A stretch of 47,226 nucleotides of DNA from a virus (IMGVR_UViG_2737471818_000007); one strand, 5' to 3'. Shown: positions 30,164-38,084, numbered from the stretch's first letter. Translations and numbers: made by a program. The notes: a model not told the origin generated them from the sequence alone.

Positions 30164-31018
30164 TCATTTCTTCTTCATAGAGGGAGTGCTATGAATATTT
30201 AAATTTTTATATACCATAAGTTCTGTAACTCTTGGCCTTGTCAAATGAGTTGAGTAATGTAAAGAAAACTCCACAATTTTTTCGTCTTTATATAACTTCC
30301 TGATTTCTTCACAATTATCATATGTAACAATTATCGGAGTGGAAATATCCTTAACCTTTTCAGAAATTAATTTATGATCATGAGGTTTATAATGATTTCT
30401 ATAAAGCTGGCTACCTTTTTCATAATATGGAGGATCAAGATAAATTAGAGATTTTTTTGGTAGTGTATTTTTTATACTACCAATCAACTCACAGGCATCC
30501 AAATTATAAAGATCAATAAATTTTTTCATTCCACCTATTTTTTTTACTCTTTCACATAGTTTCTTCTTATTATACCTAGCATCAATCTTATATTTACCAC
30601 TCTGTTCTTTTCCTCCTATAACCCCACCTGATAAGATTCCAGAACGATTGGTTCGATTGAGAAAAAACGTAGCAAAACCAATAGATAAAATATCATGTTT
30701 AGTATAATTGTTTATTACATCTTTTTGCTTATACCAATTATCCATTGTTACTTCTGTTTCATTTATCAATGAAATAAATTTATCATTCTCATTTAACACT
30801 GACCACCAAAATGAGTAAACAACAGGATCCAAATCATTAATAATGACATGATCTACATATCCATGCATTAGCAAATACAATGCAGCTCCTGCGCCGCCAG
30901 CATATGGCTCCACATAATACCCACCACTAATTCCGTTATACCTCAGCAGTTCTGATATCCAAGGCCCCATCCTCCCTTTTCCACCGGGATAACGTAATGG
31001 GGTAAAAAATGTAGTCAT
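30164..31018 (-). CDS. DNA adenine methyltransferase, D12 (Dam-like) class
   Basis: Track ORF 30164..31054 trimmed to the ATG at 31018 (MTTFFTPLRYPGGKGRM..); motifs YPGGK, VEPYAGGAG, FLNRTNRSG, YLDPPYY parallel E. coli Dam; AT-rich; convergent with the ParB-like gene. Confidence 0.8.
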   Translation of the reverse strand: MTTFFTPLRYPGGKGRMGPWISELLRYNGISGGYYVEPYAGGAGAALYLLMHGYVDHVIINDLDPVVYSFWWSVLNENDKFISLINETEVTMDNWYKQKDVINNYTKHDILSIGFATFFLNRTNRSGILSGGVIGGKEQSGKYKIDARYNKKKLCERVKKIGGMKKFIDLYNLDACELIGSIKNTLPKKSLIYLDPPYYEKGSQLYRNHYKPHDHKLISEKVKDISTPIIVTYDNCEEIRKLYKDEKIVEFSLHYSTHLTRPRVTELMVYKNLNIHSTPSMKKK

Positions 31019-31105
31019 GCTGAACCTCATACAAAACCAGGAAATTAAATGCATTTTACCCTAAATCACATCAATTCTAAATAACTAAATTAACAGTATT
31101 AAAAT

Positions 31106-31459
31106 TCAGTTATCTGAAAGTATAAATAGCATCCCATCAACGAACCCCAATGCTGTTTGTAGTTCTTTTCTGATTGTGCCATCTGAACACTTCCGCTTTT
31201 TTGCAATTGTACGGAGAGAAATCCCGATAACAAAGTGAGCAATGATCAGCTCATATTCTTCTGGTTTATATTTCCGCAACCGGGCCACACATCCATCAAT
31301 CATAATTCCTTCATCATCATCGCACTGGAGACGTGACATTTTACCGTGTGGTAGAAGCCCCTTGAAGCCTGCCGCTATCGACTGCCAATCAACACCACTA
31401 TTTTCTGCTGCAGCCCATGCCCCCCAGCGGTCTAAAACCTCATACATATCACGCCCCAT
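31106..31459 (-). CDS. Q: late-gene antiterminator Q (QuuD / phage 82 Q family)
   Basis: Track ORF trimmed to the ATG at 31459 preceded by AGGTG; ..LDRWGAWAA..SIAAGFKGL..CDDDEGIMIDGCVARL.. resembles DLP12 QuuD (recalled). Confidence 0.75.
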   Translation of the reverse strand: MGRDMYEVLDRWGAWAAAENSGVDWQSIAAGFKGLLPHGKMSRLQCDDDEGIMIDGCVARLRKYKPEEYELIIAHFVIGISLRTIAKKRKCSDGTIRKELQTALGFVDGMLFILSDN

Positions 31460-31820
31460 TACTAACACCTCTAATTTCGCAAATCTTCACGCCCAGCCGA
31501 CCACCAGGAACGGGCTGACCGCGCACAATATTAATTTCATCAAACTGCTCGTCGTCGATAAGCAGTCCCGCATGCGTCAGCGCATCCAGCGGTGCTTTCA
31601 GGATATTGTCCAGATCACGACGGCGCTTATCCGGTGGCTCTGCAATAATCTTTATCGCCAGCCTTCCGGACAGGTTTAATTTCAGCCGCTGCTGGCAAAC
31701 AATAAGCGCCACATCCCGGCGATAACGCTCACCGGCTTTTGATACAAAATATGTGCTGCCACGACGTCGCCAGTAGGTGTTCACCGTTGGCGGGTAAGGC
31801 AAAACAAACTCTATACGCAT
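31449..31820 (-). CDS. rusA: RusA Holliday-junction resolvase
   Basis: 123-aa ORF; PPTVNTYWRRRG..RRRDLDNILKAPLDALT.. matches RusA-family motifs. Confidence 0.85.
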   Translation of the reverse strand: MRIEFVLPYPPTVNTYWRRRGSTYFVSKAGERYRRDVALIVCQQRLKLNLSGRLAIKIIAEPPDKRRRDLDNILKAPLDALTHAGLLIDDEQFDEINIVRGQPVPGGRLGVKICEIRGVSNGA

Positions 31821-31832
31821 CCGTAACCTCTT

Positions 31833-32882
31833 TTACCCGAGCACGCCGGTTGCAAAGGCGTGATCAAGAAAACGAAAAATTAAATCAACCTGAGAACCAT
31901 GCTTTTCTTCGAACGCCAGCAGATCCGCATGAAGTTCGTTGTGATGTTCCGGGCACAACGGTAGCGTGAAAATATCGTGGGCTTTTGTTCCCATCCCTCC
32001 CTGACCGTGACCAATCAGGTGATGGGGATCGTCGGCTGGCTTACCACAACACGCACACGGCTGTGTCTTTACCCAGCGCGTGTATTTCTTATTAACCCAA
32101 CGGCGACGTTTAGGTCGTTTCATGAAAGATTCCGGAGACTCCGGATCAACGGCAATGCTGACCACCGTCTTTTCCTGTGGTGGGTTTTGTTGCTGATGGA
32201 TGTGAGGCAGTAGTGCAATATTTTTTGTGCGCTGCTTCAGTATGCTGGTGGCTGTCTGCTCTCCCGGTATGATGTCGCTCTCGCGGTACACAGAGCGGAT
32301 TTTTTCCGCACGTAACCCCAGAGAACGACGTAATACTACCTCCGGTAGTGCGTCCGCTACCTGATTACAGACCGCCCACCAGGATAATTCAGCCAGCGAT
32401 AATTCCCGCTCCTGTGTACCGCTTATTGCGTGACGTATGACGTCAATCATCCAGGCTGTCAGATTTTGTTGAGCAAGCTGCCCGAGTGATTCGGAGGTCT
32501 GGTCACGCAGCTGGTTGTCACAGTGCCAGCACAACACCATTGCGCCGGTACCGTAACGATGTATGACGGTTTCACTATGGTGATAGTCTCCATGAGGCCA
32601 CTGGCAGGATTTAACGTGGCGTAACAGCCAGTCAGACAGTGCACCAGTGCCACCAGCAGCACGAATCACCCGCTCATCGCTGAAAAATGGCAGTAATGAT
32701 TTATCTTCCGCCAGCGGCTGGCGAACGGCAGGAACGACACCGGGCGGCAGATTGCGCATGCTTTTCGGTTCAGGCTCCACCAGCACACGCCCCTGCATAA
32801 ACAAAGGCATCGCATCAGGACCGGGCCTGAAAAGTACAATCCCCAGACGGTGAGCAATTTCAGGAGTCACTAATACCCGCAC
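31833..32882 (-). CDS. DUF968 / HNH-motif protein (YdfU-like)
   Basis: 349-aa ORF (GTG start after GGAGGT); C-terminus has a Cys/His HNH-like motif (CACCGKPADDPHHLIGHGQGG..CPEHHNELH); Qin YdfU-like from memory. Confidence 0.7.
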   Translation of the reverse strand: MRVLVTPEIAHRLGIVLFRPGPDAMPLFMQGRVLVEPEPKSMRNLPPGVVPAVRQPLAEDKSLLPFFSDERVIRAAGGTGALSDWLLRHVKSCQWPHGDYHHSETVIHRYGTGAMVLCWHCDNQLRDQTSESLGQLAQQNLTAWMIDVIRHAISGTQERELSLAELSWWAVCNQVADALPEVVLRRSLGLRAEKIRSVYRESDIIPGEQTATSILKQRTKNIALLPHIHQQQNPPQEKTVVSIAVDPESPESFMKRPKRRRWVNKKYTRWVKTQPCACCGKPADDPHHLIGHGQGGMGTKAHDIFTLPLCPEHHNELHADLLAFEEKHGSQVDLIFRFLDHAFATGVLG

Positions 32883-32883
32883 G

Positions 32884-33156
32884 TTACCTCCAGATCCGTT
32901 GCTGGAATGTGCGGGACGGACGCTGTGGGCGTTCGGAGTAAGGGAGTCTGACTGAGATTATCCAGTGACGATAGTCGAGACTAAGAGCTTTCTTAACCTC
33001 GTATCCACGCCTGCGGTAGTTCTGTATCAGCCATTCGGCCTGTTCTTCAGTGCAGGGGTCATGCTGATACCAGTCATATTTGAATGTGTGAGAACGCCGC
33101 CCGTGCCTGCTGGCAGGGGCGGTATCAGAATTGTAATGTTTTGCGTGGCGTGCCAT
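32884..33156 (-). CDS. hypothetical basic protein
   Basis: 90-aa ORF tightly packed upstream of the DUF968 gene; no family recognised. Confidence 0.4.
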   Translation of the reverse strand: MARHAKHYNSDTAPASRHGRRSHTFKYDWYQHDPCTEEQAEWLIQNYRRRGYEVKKALSLDYRHWIISVRLPYSERPQRPSRTFQQRIWR

Positions 33157-33222
33157 CGGCTTTCTCCGGTGGCACGGTGTTACTCAGCAGGGGATCAGAC
33201 CTGTACCGAATTGTAGATGAAT

Positions 33223-33495
33223 TTACTCATCTTCAAAAGCAGAAAAACCAGCCTTAAACTCTGCCTCTTTCAGAACCTGCAATGATGTGACAAATTCATC
33301 TTCACGTAAAATAAAACCGTCTGTCACAAGTCCGTCCACAAAATAAATTAACGCAGCTCCACTCTTCTTTTGTTGAGATTGTAAACATTCAATACGGCAG
33401 TGACTGGCGATAACGCCATTCTCAACGCGCACAGTATAGAGGCCATCTTCACTAAAAATTTCACGCAATTCTTCGATTTTCATCAGCAGAATCAT
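33223..33495 (-). CDS. hypothetical protein
   Basis: 90-aa ORF with ATG at 33495; no family recognised. Confidence 0.4.
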   Translation of the reverse strand: MILLMKIEELREIFSEDGLYTVRVENGVIASHCRIECLQSQQKKSGAALIYFVDGLVTDGFILREDEFVTSLQVLKEAEFKAGFSAFEDE

Positions 33496-33644
33496 TCCGG
33501 ATAAATAACTCTCCCCTGTTTGGGGTCCATCCCTCTTCTCCCTGCGCGCTACTTAAGTATTTTTGATTCTATTTACCCCTAACGGCCCCTCAAGAACCAC
33601 AACCAACGGAGTACACAAAAAGCTAATCAACTACGCCGCACAAT

Positions 33645-33672
33645 AAAAAACCCGCCGAAGCGGGTTTTCATT
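33645..33672 (-). terminator. rho-independent terminator downstream of the Doc-type toxin gene
   Basis: AAAAAACCCGCCGAAGCGGGTTTTC: 7-bp stem with A-run and T-run flanks; an identical hairpin recurs at 34489. Confidence 0.65.
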
Positions 33673-33682
33673 AGAAGCATCT

Positions 33683-34168
33683 TTAGTTTTGCTGTTCTAT
33701 TTTAAGCTTGATAGTTTCATACAAAACAATAGTTGCGCCTGTTTTACATAATTCCCGACTGTCATACGCACGAGACCAATAACACAACCAATTTTCAAGC
33801 TCTTCTCGTGTATAAATTTTACAGGCCAGCCCCTCAGCCATCTCTACAACTTCATCGCCTGGCGCGGTTAATTCGTATCCATTTAACAATAAAAAAACCG
33901 CACCAGCCATCATTGCTGTGCGCTTGTTTGCATTGGCAAATGGATGATTCTGAATCAGACTTTCAATCAATACCGATGCCAGTACAAACATGTCGTTGGT
34001 TTGCTCATACCATCGAACCATACTGGGACGAGACTGAGAAGAACTTAAATTATCAACACTCAGCACACCAACAGGTTCATCTGGTGTTTGAAGCTCAATT
34101 AAAAGGCGATTGATTTCAGTAAGATCATCAACCGAGAGGTAGTGCACTCCTTCAACAATCTCAGCCAT
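33683..34168 (-). CDS. Fic/Doc-family toxin (Doc-like)
   Basis: Track ORF begins at TTG 34177, ATG at 34168; contains HPFANANKRTA matching the Doc motif HxFx(D/N)(A/G)NKR. Confidence 0.75.
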   Translation of the reverse strand: MAEIVEGVHYLSVDDLTEINRLLIELQTPDEPVGVLSVDNLSSSQSRPSMVRWYEQTNDMFVLASVLIESLIQNHPFANANKRTAMMAGAVFLLLNGYELTAPGDEVVEMAEGLACKIYTREELENWLCYWSRAYDSRELCKTGATIVLYETIKLKIEQQN

Positions 34169-34186
34169 AGAGCACAATACCCATCA

Positions 34187-34366
34187 TTACACTTTTGAAA
34201 GATCTTCCATTGCCTTCTCGTAACGAGAAAAACCGAAATCGAAAGCATTTTTCACCTGCTCACGATGAGTGCAATTTTCATCGATAGCCGGGCGCGGAGC
34301 TGCCACAACGCTTTTATCGCGAGGGGGAATAGTCAATCGCGGGTGTTTTTTTAGTGCGTAGCTCAT
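34187..34366 (-). CDS. putative antitoxin of the Doc-like toxin (59 aa, below the ORF-track cutoff)
   Basis: ORF MSYALKKHPRLTIPPRDKSVVAAPRPAIDENCTHREQVKNAFDFGFSRYEKAMEDLSKV ends 18 nt upstream of the toxin ATG; operon position of an antitoxin. Confidence 0.5.
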   Translation of the reverse strand: MSYALKKHPRLTIPPRDKSVVAAPRPAIDENCTHREQVKNAFDFGFSRYEKAMEDLSKV

Positions 34367-34484
34367 TGGTGTACCCTTACTTCTCCGTCCTGTTCTTTAA
34401 CAAAAATTAAGTCAATACAAAATTAGTCAGGCTAATGTTGTTAGCATAGCCTAATACCAATCGTATTCACAACCACAGTACGTG

Positions 34485-34510
34485 AAAAAACCCGCCGAAG
34501 CGGGTTAAGT
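34485..34510 (-). terminator. rho-independent terminator downstream of hok
   Basis: Second copy of AAAAAACCCGCCGAAGCGGGTT; on the minus strand the hairpin is followed by TTTTTT. Confidence 0.65.
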
Positions 34511-34576
34511 GCGGGTGCGTTGAGGATGCCTGACACATCAGAGGTGGCGAGGAATTTCTCCCTCGCCAGGTCACTC

Positions 34577-34732
34577 TTACTCCTCAGATTCGTAAGCTGT
34601 GAAGACAGCGACCTCCGTCTGGCCGGTTCGGATTCGTACCTCGCAGAGGTCTTTCCTCGTTACCAGTGCCGTCACTATGACGGTTAAACAGATGACGATC
34701 AGGACGATTAACATCGCCTTTTGCTGCTTCAT
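34577..34732 (-). CDS. hok: Hok/Gef-family type I toxin
   Basis: 51-aa ORF MKQQKAMLIVLIVICLTVIVTALVTRKDLCEVRIRTGQTEVAVFTAYESEE, classic Hok; below the ORF-track size cutoff. Confidence 0.85.
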   Translation of the reverse strand: MKQQKAMLIVLIVICLTVIVTALVTRKDLCEVRIRTGQTEVAVFTAYESEE

Positions 34733-34790
34733 AGCCTGCTTCTCCTTGACCTTTCGGTCCGTAAGAGGCTAACCTACATGTGTCTAGCAT
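34584..34790 (-). CDS. mok: Mok-like overlapping reading frame (translational coupling for hok)
   Basis: 68-aa ORF in another frame, starting upstream of hok and ending inside it, as in the R1 hok/mok/sok locus. Confidence 0.55.
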   Translation of the reverse strand: MLDTCRLASYGPKGQGEAGYEAAKGDVNRPDRHLFNRHSDGTGNEERPLRGTNPNRPDGGRCLHSLRI

Positions 34791-34986
34791 GAAATTGGCC
34801 TCAGATTAATGTTAAGCGTCTTGCAGGACGCGTAATGTTAACTAGGGCTTTTCTCTATCTGCCTTTGGTGTTCATGCCTGAGGCAGATAGCCTCAAGCAC
34901 CCGCAGCAATTCTACTTAAGTTAGATAAGCTTTTCTATGGTATTCTCTCAGCGTCCCGTAAATACAGTCTCGGCTCATCATTTTTA

Positions 34987-35250
34987 TCACAGGTGCGAGG
35001 AAAATATATAGCGCCCTCCATCAAGCATAACGAAATACATTTTCCATTCATCGCCATTCCTCAATTTAATACGAAGACTTTCCCCGCAAGTGTATTTATT
35101 AAACAACTGTTCCGATGTGCTAGTAAGAGGTATTTTTACCGTTATTACAACTACTGCCCCACCATTTAACTCTCGAAGTTCAGCATCCGCATCCACAAAA
35201 GATGAATAAATGTTATGATCTGGGTAATCAACAATTAACTGCATATTCAC
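34987..35250 (-). CDS. hypothetical protein
   Basis: 87-aa ORF; no family recognised. Confidence 0.4.
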   Translation of the reverse strand: MNMQLIVDYPDHNIYSSFVDADAELRELNGGAVVVITVKIPLTSTSEQLFNKYTCGESLRIKLRNGDEWKMYFVMLDGGRYIFSSHL

Positions 35251-35381
35251 TCCTTAAATATAGCAACTAAAACAAACAACGATTTAACAGTAGGAATTGT
35301 TTTTATAACATATGAACAGTGCAAGATCTATCCAGATGAAGCCTCCCCTCCCCCCCCGTCTCATTACATGCATTTACTATC

Positions 35382-35897
35382 TCACCGTAAAACATCCTCC
35401 ACGCTTATCAGTCCGTTTCGCTTCAGGTAGTCCATCGCCATCTCCGGTAATTTGCAGTCTGGATTAGCTTTTTTCAGTTGACTGACCAGTAGTTTAACCC
35501 ACATTGTTAATTCGCTAACCTGATTGCCGGAAGCTGGTGGGTTGTCGGCTTTACCCAGAATGACAGCACTGCAGGCCTCTTTGAGTACCCAATCAACAGC
35601 ATCTTTCCATGCTCCTGTTTCGACTGGTGGATTCTCACGCTTTACCTGTTCATAAAAGCGCACGGCTTTAACCAGTCCTTCTGATGTCACCGGAACTGGC
35701 GGGGCAGTGAATAAGGCCTGAATCTCATAGCTCTGCCTGTCGTTGCAATCCTCTTTTGTCGGTACATATTTCCAGTCACCAATCCACATCTTCTCCTGAA
35801 AGTCCGTAACGCCTTTTTTCACATAGCGATATCGCCATGCAACTGGTTTTGCCTGCCCTACCGTTTCATGCCCTTCCTGATAATTAATCTCGCTCAT
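35382..35897 (-). CDS. hypothetical phage protein
   Basis: 171-aa ORF; its ATG overlaps the stop of the upstream 56-aa ORF (ATGA). Confidence 0.55.
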   Translation of the reverse strand: MSEINYQEGHETVGQAKPVAWRYRYVKKGVTDFQEKMWIGDWKYVPTKEDCNDRQSYEIQALFTAPPVPVTSEGLVKAVRFYEQVKRENPPVETGAWKDAVDWVLKEACSAVILGKADNPPASGNQVSELTMWVKLLVSQLKKANPDCKLPEMAMDYLKRNGLISVEDVLR

Positions 35898-36064
35898 TCA
35901 TCGCCCCACTCATCACAATATGCTTCGACAGGTGTTTTTCCTGCTTCGTAGTCATCACGCCAGGCTTCAGCTGTACTTCCTCCACGTAACTCTGCATAAT
36001 CCATTAACAGTTCATGCCATTCTTCAAAACTGACGTTGTATTTAGTTGAACCAAAATCAGCCAT
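35894..36064 (-). CDS. small acidic protein (56 aa, below the ORF-track cutoff)
   Basis: MADFGSTKYNVSFEEWHELLMDYAELRGGSTAEAWRDDYEAGKTPVEAYCDEWGDE; strong RBS GAGGAGGAAGG; start overlaps the stop of the 60-aa ORF and stop overlaps the start of the 171-aa ORF. Confidence 0.55.
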   Translation of the reverse strand: MADFGSTKYNVSFEEWHELLMDYAELRGGSTAEAWRDDYEAGKTPVEAYCDEWGDE

Positions 36065-36239
36065 TTTGTCCTTCCTCCTCGTCTTTTATTTCGTGATATG
36101 AGTAATTGCAGTAGTTAAAGAAAATTTCTTTTGCTTCGTCATGAATTTCATCAGGTGTTGCGTCATCGTCCACTTCGAATACATCCTCAAAATCCCCACC
36201 AGCTATTCCCGTTTCAATAATTATTTTGAACTTTCGCAT
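36057..36239 (-). CDS. small highly acidic protein (60 aa)
   Basis: MRKFKIIIETGIAGGDFEDVFEVDDDATPDEIHDEAKEIFFNYCNYSYHEIKDEEEGQNG; translationally coupled to the next ORF. Confidence 0.5.
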   Translation of the reverse strand: MRKFKIIIETGIAGGDFEDVFEVDDDATPDEIHDEAKEIFFNYCNYSYHEIKDEEEGQNG

Positions 36240-36383
36240 TTCACTACCGCCCTTTCGGGTGGCCTCCTGATGTTCTGAGGGTGCAGAAATCCCTCCGGTT
36301 AAGGATTAAATTTTATTTACAGAACTGAATTTAATTATTCAGATATACGTATCTGTAACCTTACTAACCTACTCACTGGATGC

Positions 36384-36857
36384 CTATTTCATAAAAATAA
36401 TCCAGTGGGTTTTATCGTTTTTTCCTGTTCGTTGACCGATAACAGGTTTTCTGTCGGTCAGCACCAATATCTGGCGAACAGGTATTTGCGTTTCATTCCA
36501 TTTAAAAATCAGAACGCCGGATGGACGCAACACACGAAAGGCTGCTTTAAATCCCTGCCGCAAATCATCACGCCAGGTATCTTTATTCAGCCGTCCATAT
36601 TTCTTTCCCATCCAGGCGTTATCACCAACACGCTCAAGATGCGGAGGGTCGAATATAACCATCGAAAAAGATGCGTCTGCAAATGGTAGTGCACGAAAAT
36701 CAGCTATCAGATCAGGACTGATAATCAGGCATCGTCCATCACACAATGTGTGCTCTTCCTTTCTGATATCGCTAAATATCGCCCGGTCGTCATTCTTATC
36801 GAACCAGAACATACGGCTGCCACAGCACATATCAAGAATGGTTACCGGTGTACTCAC
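36384..36857 (-). CDS. small methyltransferase-like protein (phage Dam-like, DPPH motif)
   Basis: 157-aa ORF with motif-I-like ILDMCCGS and motif-IV-like VIFDPPH; nin-region position. Confidence 0.55.
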   Translation of the reverse strand: MSTPVTILDMCCGSRMFWFDKNDDRAIFSDIRKEEHTLCDGRCLIISPDLIADFRALPFADASFSMVIFDPPHLERVGDNAWMGKKYGRLNKDTWRDDLRQGFKAAFRVLRPSGVLIFKWNETQIPVRQILVLTDRKPVIGQRTGKNDKTHWIIFMK

Positions 36858-37291
36858 AGCATCACCTCCTGATAATTACCCTGATAGAACGCCAGCACAC
36901 GCTGCATAACCTCACTCTGCCGGCACTCGCTACAGATTATAATCAGACGCCTGTCATAGCGGCGTATTTCTCCGTCTGGTAATGACCAGATAAGGTCAGG
37001 ATCAACCACAACCGTTTTTTTCACCTTTGCCCTGGATAGTTTTTTGCGGGCGTTTTGCCAATCCTTACGAGCCTGTTCAGAGGGAAATAACCCATAGCCA
37101 GAGTTGTATACATCGCCACTGGCAACCAGCTCTCTGGCGAGAACGCTCATCAGATATCTTGTCGCACCTGTTTTAGCTTCCAGTTGCCGTAACGTCTCAC
37201 GACCGCTCTGGCGCACGAGTTCAACCACCTGCCCTTTAATTTTTTCCCGCTCTTCTTGTGTAAATACTTTTGCCATAAGCGCCTCCGGCAA
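36854..37291 (-). CDS. hypothetical phage protein
   Basis: 145-aa ORF, ATGA-type overlap with the downstream gene; no family recognised. Confidence 0.45.
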   Translation of the reverse strand: MPEALMAKVFTQEEREKIKGQVVELVRQSGRETLRQLEAKTGATRYLMSVLARELVASGDVYNSGYGLFPSEQARKDWQNARKKLSRAKVKKTVVVDPDLIWSLPDGEIRRYDRRLIIICSECRQSEVMQRVLAFYQGNYQEVML

Positions 37292-38062
37292 TCACTTTTC
37301 CGATGCAACACGGCGGGAAGAATCCGTAATCTGTCGGACAATATCCCGGTGCTTGTTCAGCTCCCGCAGCGCCGCGCAGACTCGCTCCCACTTCCGGACA
37401 TGATTTTTCGCCCGACGCAGTTCGCGGTTTGCCATGTGCAGCGATGGTAAAATCAGGTCATTCGCACGCGTTTCGGTAAACGATGGCAGCGACTGCACAA
37501 TGTCCGCCACAGTTTCTGTTTTAATATCTTCCTGTGTTGCAACCTCCTGTACTGGTAACACAACCCCCGCTGACTGAGGAAAGGCTTTACCATCAGTTTC
37601 CGCTACAGATGCGGCTTTCAGTTCTGCTGGTAAATTCTCGCCTGGCATGCAGTAACGAAATTTACCGTTCTGATTAACGCGTGCCAGCCGCCCTGTTGAG
37701 GTTACTACCGCCAGCGTGGAAGCAACCTTGCGAATGCTGACACCGAACTTACCCGCCAGTTCCTCACACGTTTTAGCCCCCTCCTGGCCGATAAACTCAA
37801 TCATCATGTCAGCGGTAACTTTTTGTTCGACCACCTCGGTTAGTACATCCGGTGCTTCAGATTGCACGGGCTGCTCTTCGGTTACCCCGGATTCACCTTC
37901 TCCAGCCAGAAACCAGGTGTGGCCGGTTTTATCAACTACGCCATTTCTTTTTAGTTCCCACAGCTCGTTCAGTACTTCTTCACTACTGATATCAAGTCGC
38001 ACAGCCAGTTCCACCGACGTGGCTTTTCCCATTGCTTTCAGTGCGTCAAAAACGGTCTCCAT
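37292..38062 (-). CDS. hypothetical phage protein with predicted winged-helix segments
   Basis: 256-aa ORF immediately downstream of the DnaC-like gene; no family recognised. Confidence 0.5.
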   Translation of the reverse strand: METVFDALKAMGKATSVELAVRLDISSEEVLNELWELKRNGVVDKTGHTWFLAGEGESGVTEEQPVQSEAPDVLTEVVEQKVTADMMIEFIGQEGAKTCEELAGKFGVSIRKVASTLAVVTSTGRLARVNQNGKFRYCMPGENLPAELKAASVAETDGKAFPQSAGVVLPVQEVATQEDIKTETVADIVQSLPSFTETRANDLILPSLHMANRELRRAKNHVRKWERVCAALRELNKHRDIVRQITDSSRRVASEK

Positions 38063-38084
38063 TAAAATTTCCTCCCGGTAAAAA

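Noticed and set aside
31018-31105. Confident assignment of pR' immediately downstream of Q
   Set aside because: The -35/-10 match is in AT-rich DNA, where such matches arise by chance; reported only as a hypothesis
34168-34177. TTG start for the Doc-like toxin
   Set aside because: An in-frame ATG lies three codons downstream; neither has a strong RBS, so the start remains uncertain (+/-9 nt)
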